Positions 60,557 to 64,000 of a stretch of 64,000 nt of DNA are shown here, one piece after another. The DNA is from Tubulanus polymorphus. Its lineage: Eukaryota > Animalia > Nemertea. Made by a program: the position numbers and the translations under genes. The stretch's first letter is position 1, and every line of letters begins with the position of its first letter. Location: positions 8,866,001-8,930,000 of the forward strand of contig NC_134031.1 in NCBI RefSeq assembly GCF_964204645.1, given 5' to 3'. The notes under the pieces are model-generated. The model was not told the origin of the DNA, made no database searches, and worked only from the letters and a program-made list of their open reading frames with translations.

Positions 60557-63500
60557 TTTCTGAAACATCTCTCGTCTTGTTTTGGAACTAGTCAAATTAA
60601 CTCCCAATACACCACCATACTCTCTTTACGCCTCTCTTCACGCCAATGTGGGCTCGCAGTATATCAGGGATCAACTGAACTATTTTCAAACAGCTCATCA
60701 GATTATCATGCATAGCGCTCTATTTTACAATATATACCCTTTGCCAAATAATTCCCATCACAAGGAATAATTTTGCATAAAAGAATCATCCAATCAATGG
60801 AAGAATAACATTTTGCATGGGTGGATGGGCCAAAAACAAATCAGTTGTTTAACTTAACAATTGTTTAAAATCAAGTCCCAAGTATTTCTAGAGGACACCC
60901 TCCCCCATGTCCACTGTAGATTCCCCAGACAACTAGATTTACTGATTCAGAGCCCATGAATTGCATAAACTACCATAAGGATCTGCCCAATCATCAAACT
61001 AAAATGAAATTCTTACACCAACCGCCATGAAAACATTTTCGAGACAGCAATTGTGTAGAGGCTTTGAAGCGAATGAGAATAAAAGAAGCATGGGGTAATG
61101 GAATGCATGATTTTAATACAGAATCATAACTCCAGACTCCAACTTTCAGAACTTATCCATTCAATCAAATCAGATCATCATTAGATACCTCATAAAATGC
61201 GCATATTGCACATGTATCTAACCAAAAGTTTTGTCACAACAAAACATATTTTTAACAACTACTGCGAAAGCATATAGTTAAGAAATTTAAAAGCAAGCAT
61301 CAGGTATTTCAATTCAATCTACATAGGATATATATGTAATTGGAACTACACCACGCCGTATACCCAATGATGTATCCTGTTCCCCCATCATCCAATTTCC
61401 ATCGATTCCAGGAAGTTTGTATACCATAATTAACTGTAAATATCAAAAGAAAAACCATTTGAAACAGAAAAACAATTCCAGCTTTATCGATTTTTTTTTG
61501 GATGAGAAACATGTCTTCATTGCTCCATTTACACTATCCAGGGAGAAACACACTAGATAATAGGATGATTATATCAAAGCTGTGGGTAATGGCGTGTTGA
61601 ATGGGTAGTGTAGTGTGATCTGAGTGCATTTGTGGCCAGCACACAGATCAAAACGATCATAGTCAGTGTAGTTAATACATCCAGGGAGAGGCAACATGTG
61701 AAATGAGGTAATAAAAAAAAAATCAGTTCATTTCCAAACGACATATTTCCTATGCATTTCTTTGAAAGAATCGAATGATTTAGATTTCGTGTTCCATTTT
61801 CGATCACTCATCATCGTACGAGATATCAATTTTCCATTACATTGCGGCCGATCGCATGTGCGATCATTGGAAGGCTTTACGACTATTTCTTAATTAATCC
61901 TCCAAAAGTTTATGAGTTGAAATATATGAATGACGTACGTGGCAAAATATCAATATTTCCAAATTTTTCATATGTTCAAAGATACATCTTAACCGCAGGT
62001 CCCCTGTATGCTGATTAACACGTTGAAACACTAGATACACGAATAAAAAATGCTAGAAATTGATTTAATCATGTAGATGTAAAATCGTAGAAAAGGTGTA
62101 CAGGTTGGCGGGTTCCAGTACACTATTTGATGCTGATACAGCGAGTGTAGTGCACACCGGGATTTAAATAGAAGCCGGGAACCGGGGATTTTTTCGTTAC
62201 TTTACACTAAGTTCCCGGCAACTTTTTTATCCCAAAGGTCGCTTTCACCAGCCATAGAGAACTATAAACGTTTATATTTATATGCACCAGCCCCTCCAAC
62301 TCGCAAACTACTTCCTTGTTCACTAAAATGTTTACTGATTGGTCCATTTAACTGGAAATTCCACTGAAGCCTAATGTCGTTTGTTACAAGCGCTGTGATT
62401 GACCCGACTGGATTCTGGTCGGCTAGTAACTCAGTGCTTCATCTAGCATTAAAAAAGGGCAGGGTGCTGATTTCAAATAAGGGCATTTTTGTGCGTGATT
62501 CCATCGGAGCAAGGGCACATAATAACGCGCTCACGTCTGTTTTAGGGGCAAACTGCAATGTTCCCTATTGCATAGAATCGAGGTACCCCTTACTACGATT
62601 GAGGACTAGAAACTATGTTTAACTCTGATTTTGCCATGAGTGACACATTTGACCACAGTACACCCTTACACCTATACCTGTCAATGAACAAAAGTTAATC
62701 TAGATAGGGCTTTCAAAATGATTTGGAAAACCAGTTGCAGACAAAAAAATTGCAGAAAAAAGCAATCTCAAGTAGCAAATACAGCGAAAAAGAGCCAGCA
62801 ATAGTGTATAGGCCTACATGAAATTGCATATTTTTAATCTTAGAAATATCAAATTAATTAATTTAAATTGATAGTGTTAGTGATTGGCAAGTAACTGTTG
62901 ATAATCGGTAAGAAGCTGATAGCGGACGGTTTTTGTCGCTTCTTAGCACAACCTTTTTGCCTCGTGTTTCGAGAGGTGATTGGATAGAATTAAGTTGAAC
63001 ATCAGATTTCGACCAATCAACGGTAAGTTTACTGTTTTCTTCGCAGTAATGGCTGACGGCCCAATTTCATGGCATTTATCAACAATTATAGAATCTGAAA
63101 ACGTCCAGTTCCATCATCACACACAAATTCCATTTTTAAGTATTTTAAAAGTAAGCTGATGAGCCAATATCAGAATATCAATCCCATGACGAAAACATGC
63201 CTATATTTTAACTTTTGAAAGTCAAAAGATGATACTGTTGGAAAGATTGTAGTAGGCCTAAAATTTGAACCTACCACCCAAACCGCCCTGGTAATAATGT
63301 CATCTTTTCCAGACTATTCAATGTGCTACATTTTATTGTGTATTAATTATGAGGTATTGGCCTTGACCTAGCAATTCAATCCCTTGAAATTTTTCTGAAC
63401 GATTGATGTATGTGTTGTTGTCGATCTCCGTGTAATTTGGTAAGATGGTCTGCTGGCACTATTAGTATATGATAGCGGATGGCTTTTAGATACTCATTTA

Positions 63501-63692
63501 TAATATGATAGTGGCAACAGGCCAGGGAATAAGCTTTTGTTTATTTACTAGGTTTTTTATAACACACGTTGGAATTGGTAGCACAGGCATATGTATCACA
63601 TATGTTGACATCCTTTAACCACGTCTGAGACATGTACCAATCATGATTCATAACTTACAAAACAAGGTACACTGTCTAATATGTGGTTACAG

Positions 63693-63983
63693 ATGATGCC
63701 ACATTCAAAATTATTATGTAAACATGTACATCATATTGTTTCGGAGGACAATGGTCATCAGATGGCAGTTGATGATACTAAAGTTCAACGTATTGAACCA
63801 AACCCTTTGATTATTTCAGGTACATTAAGTTCTTTTTGTCTATTCACTGTTTTGGCTTCTTGATTTTGCTGAAGTATGCCCAAATTCTAACAAATTTTTT
63901 GCATCACTCATACTTATTAAGGTCTGATCAAATTACAGGTACTACAGATGATGTCATTGAACCTTGTGAGGGACAAGTTTTAG
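63693..63983 (+). other. Two candidate host exons (63693-63819 and 63939-63983)
   Basis: ttacag acceptors, gtacat/gtaagc donors, compatible phases and an open spliced frame; no recognisable domain. Confidence 0.25.
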
Positions 63984-64000
63984 GTAAGCTCTTTACAATC

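Noticed and set aside
51400-63600. Short ORFs (52510, 55747, 58052, 58867, 59406, 60279-60770, 61309, 62374) as genes
   Set aside because: No recognisable domains and most lie in repeats or MITEs; small host exons cannot be excluded

Overview
This is repeat-dense eukaryotic DNA, most likely from an invertebrate animal, made up largely of nested mobile elements. (1) A Polinton/Maverick (adintovirus-like) insertion spans 20496-41751. It has ~0.55-0.6 kb TIRs, AGT...ACT termini and a perfect 6-bp TSD (TACGGA), and it splits the gag gene of a BEL/Pao LTR retrotransposon near codon 11. It carries a decayed protein-primed PolB, a minor capsid gene, a block of small membrane-protein genes, a c-integrase with chromodomain and an NCLDV-type HNH nuclease. 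It also contains a Penelope-like element with hammerhead ribozymes and a second Polinton end inserted in its ATPase gene. (2) Another right arm of the same family lies at 1-5870. (3) Fragments of a second Polinton family lie at about 7.9-19.2 kb and 48.6-51.1 kb. Its pPolB carries an intein with a LAGLIDADG homing endonuclease inserted in the catalytic YxD/TD motif, while the family-1 pPolB in the same window has the empty site. This is the most notable observation. The Polinton TIRs are large nested hairpins whose two arms co-vary between copies, and nearly all Polinton ORFs start at TAAATG. The rest is BEL/Pao and CR1-like fragments, MITEs and Helentron-like tandem repeats with CTCF-like motifs. 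No major capsid or protease gene and no confident host gene were found. All calls come from reading motifs by eye; no searches were run.
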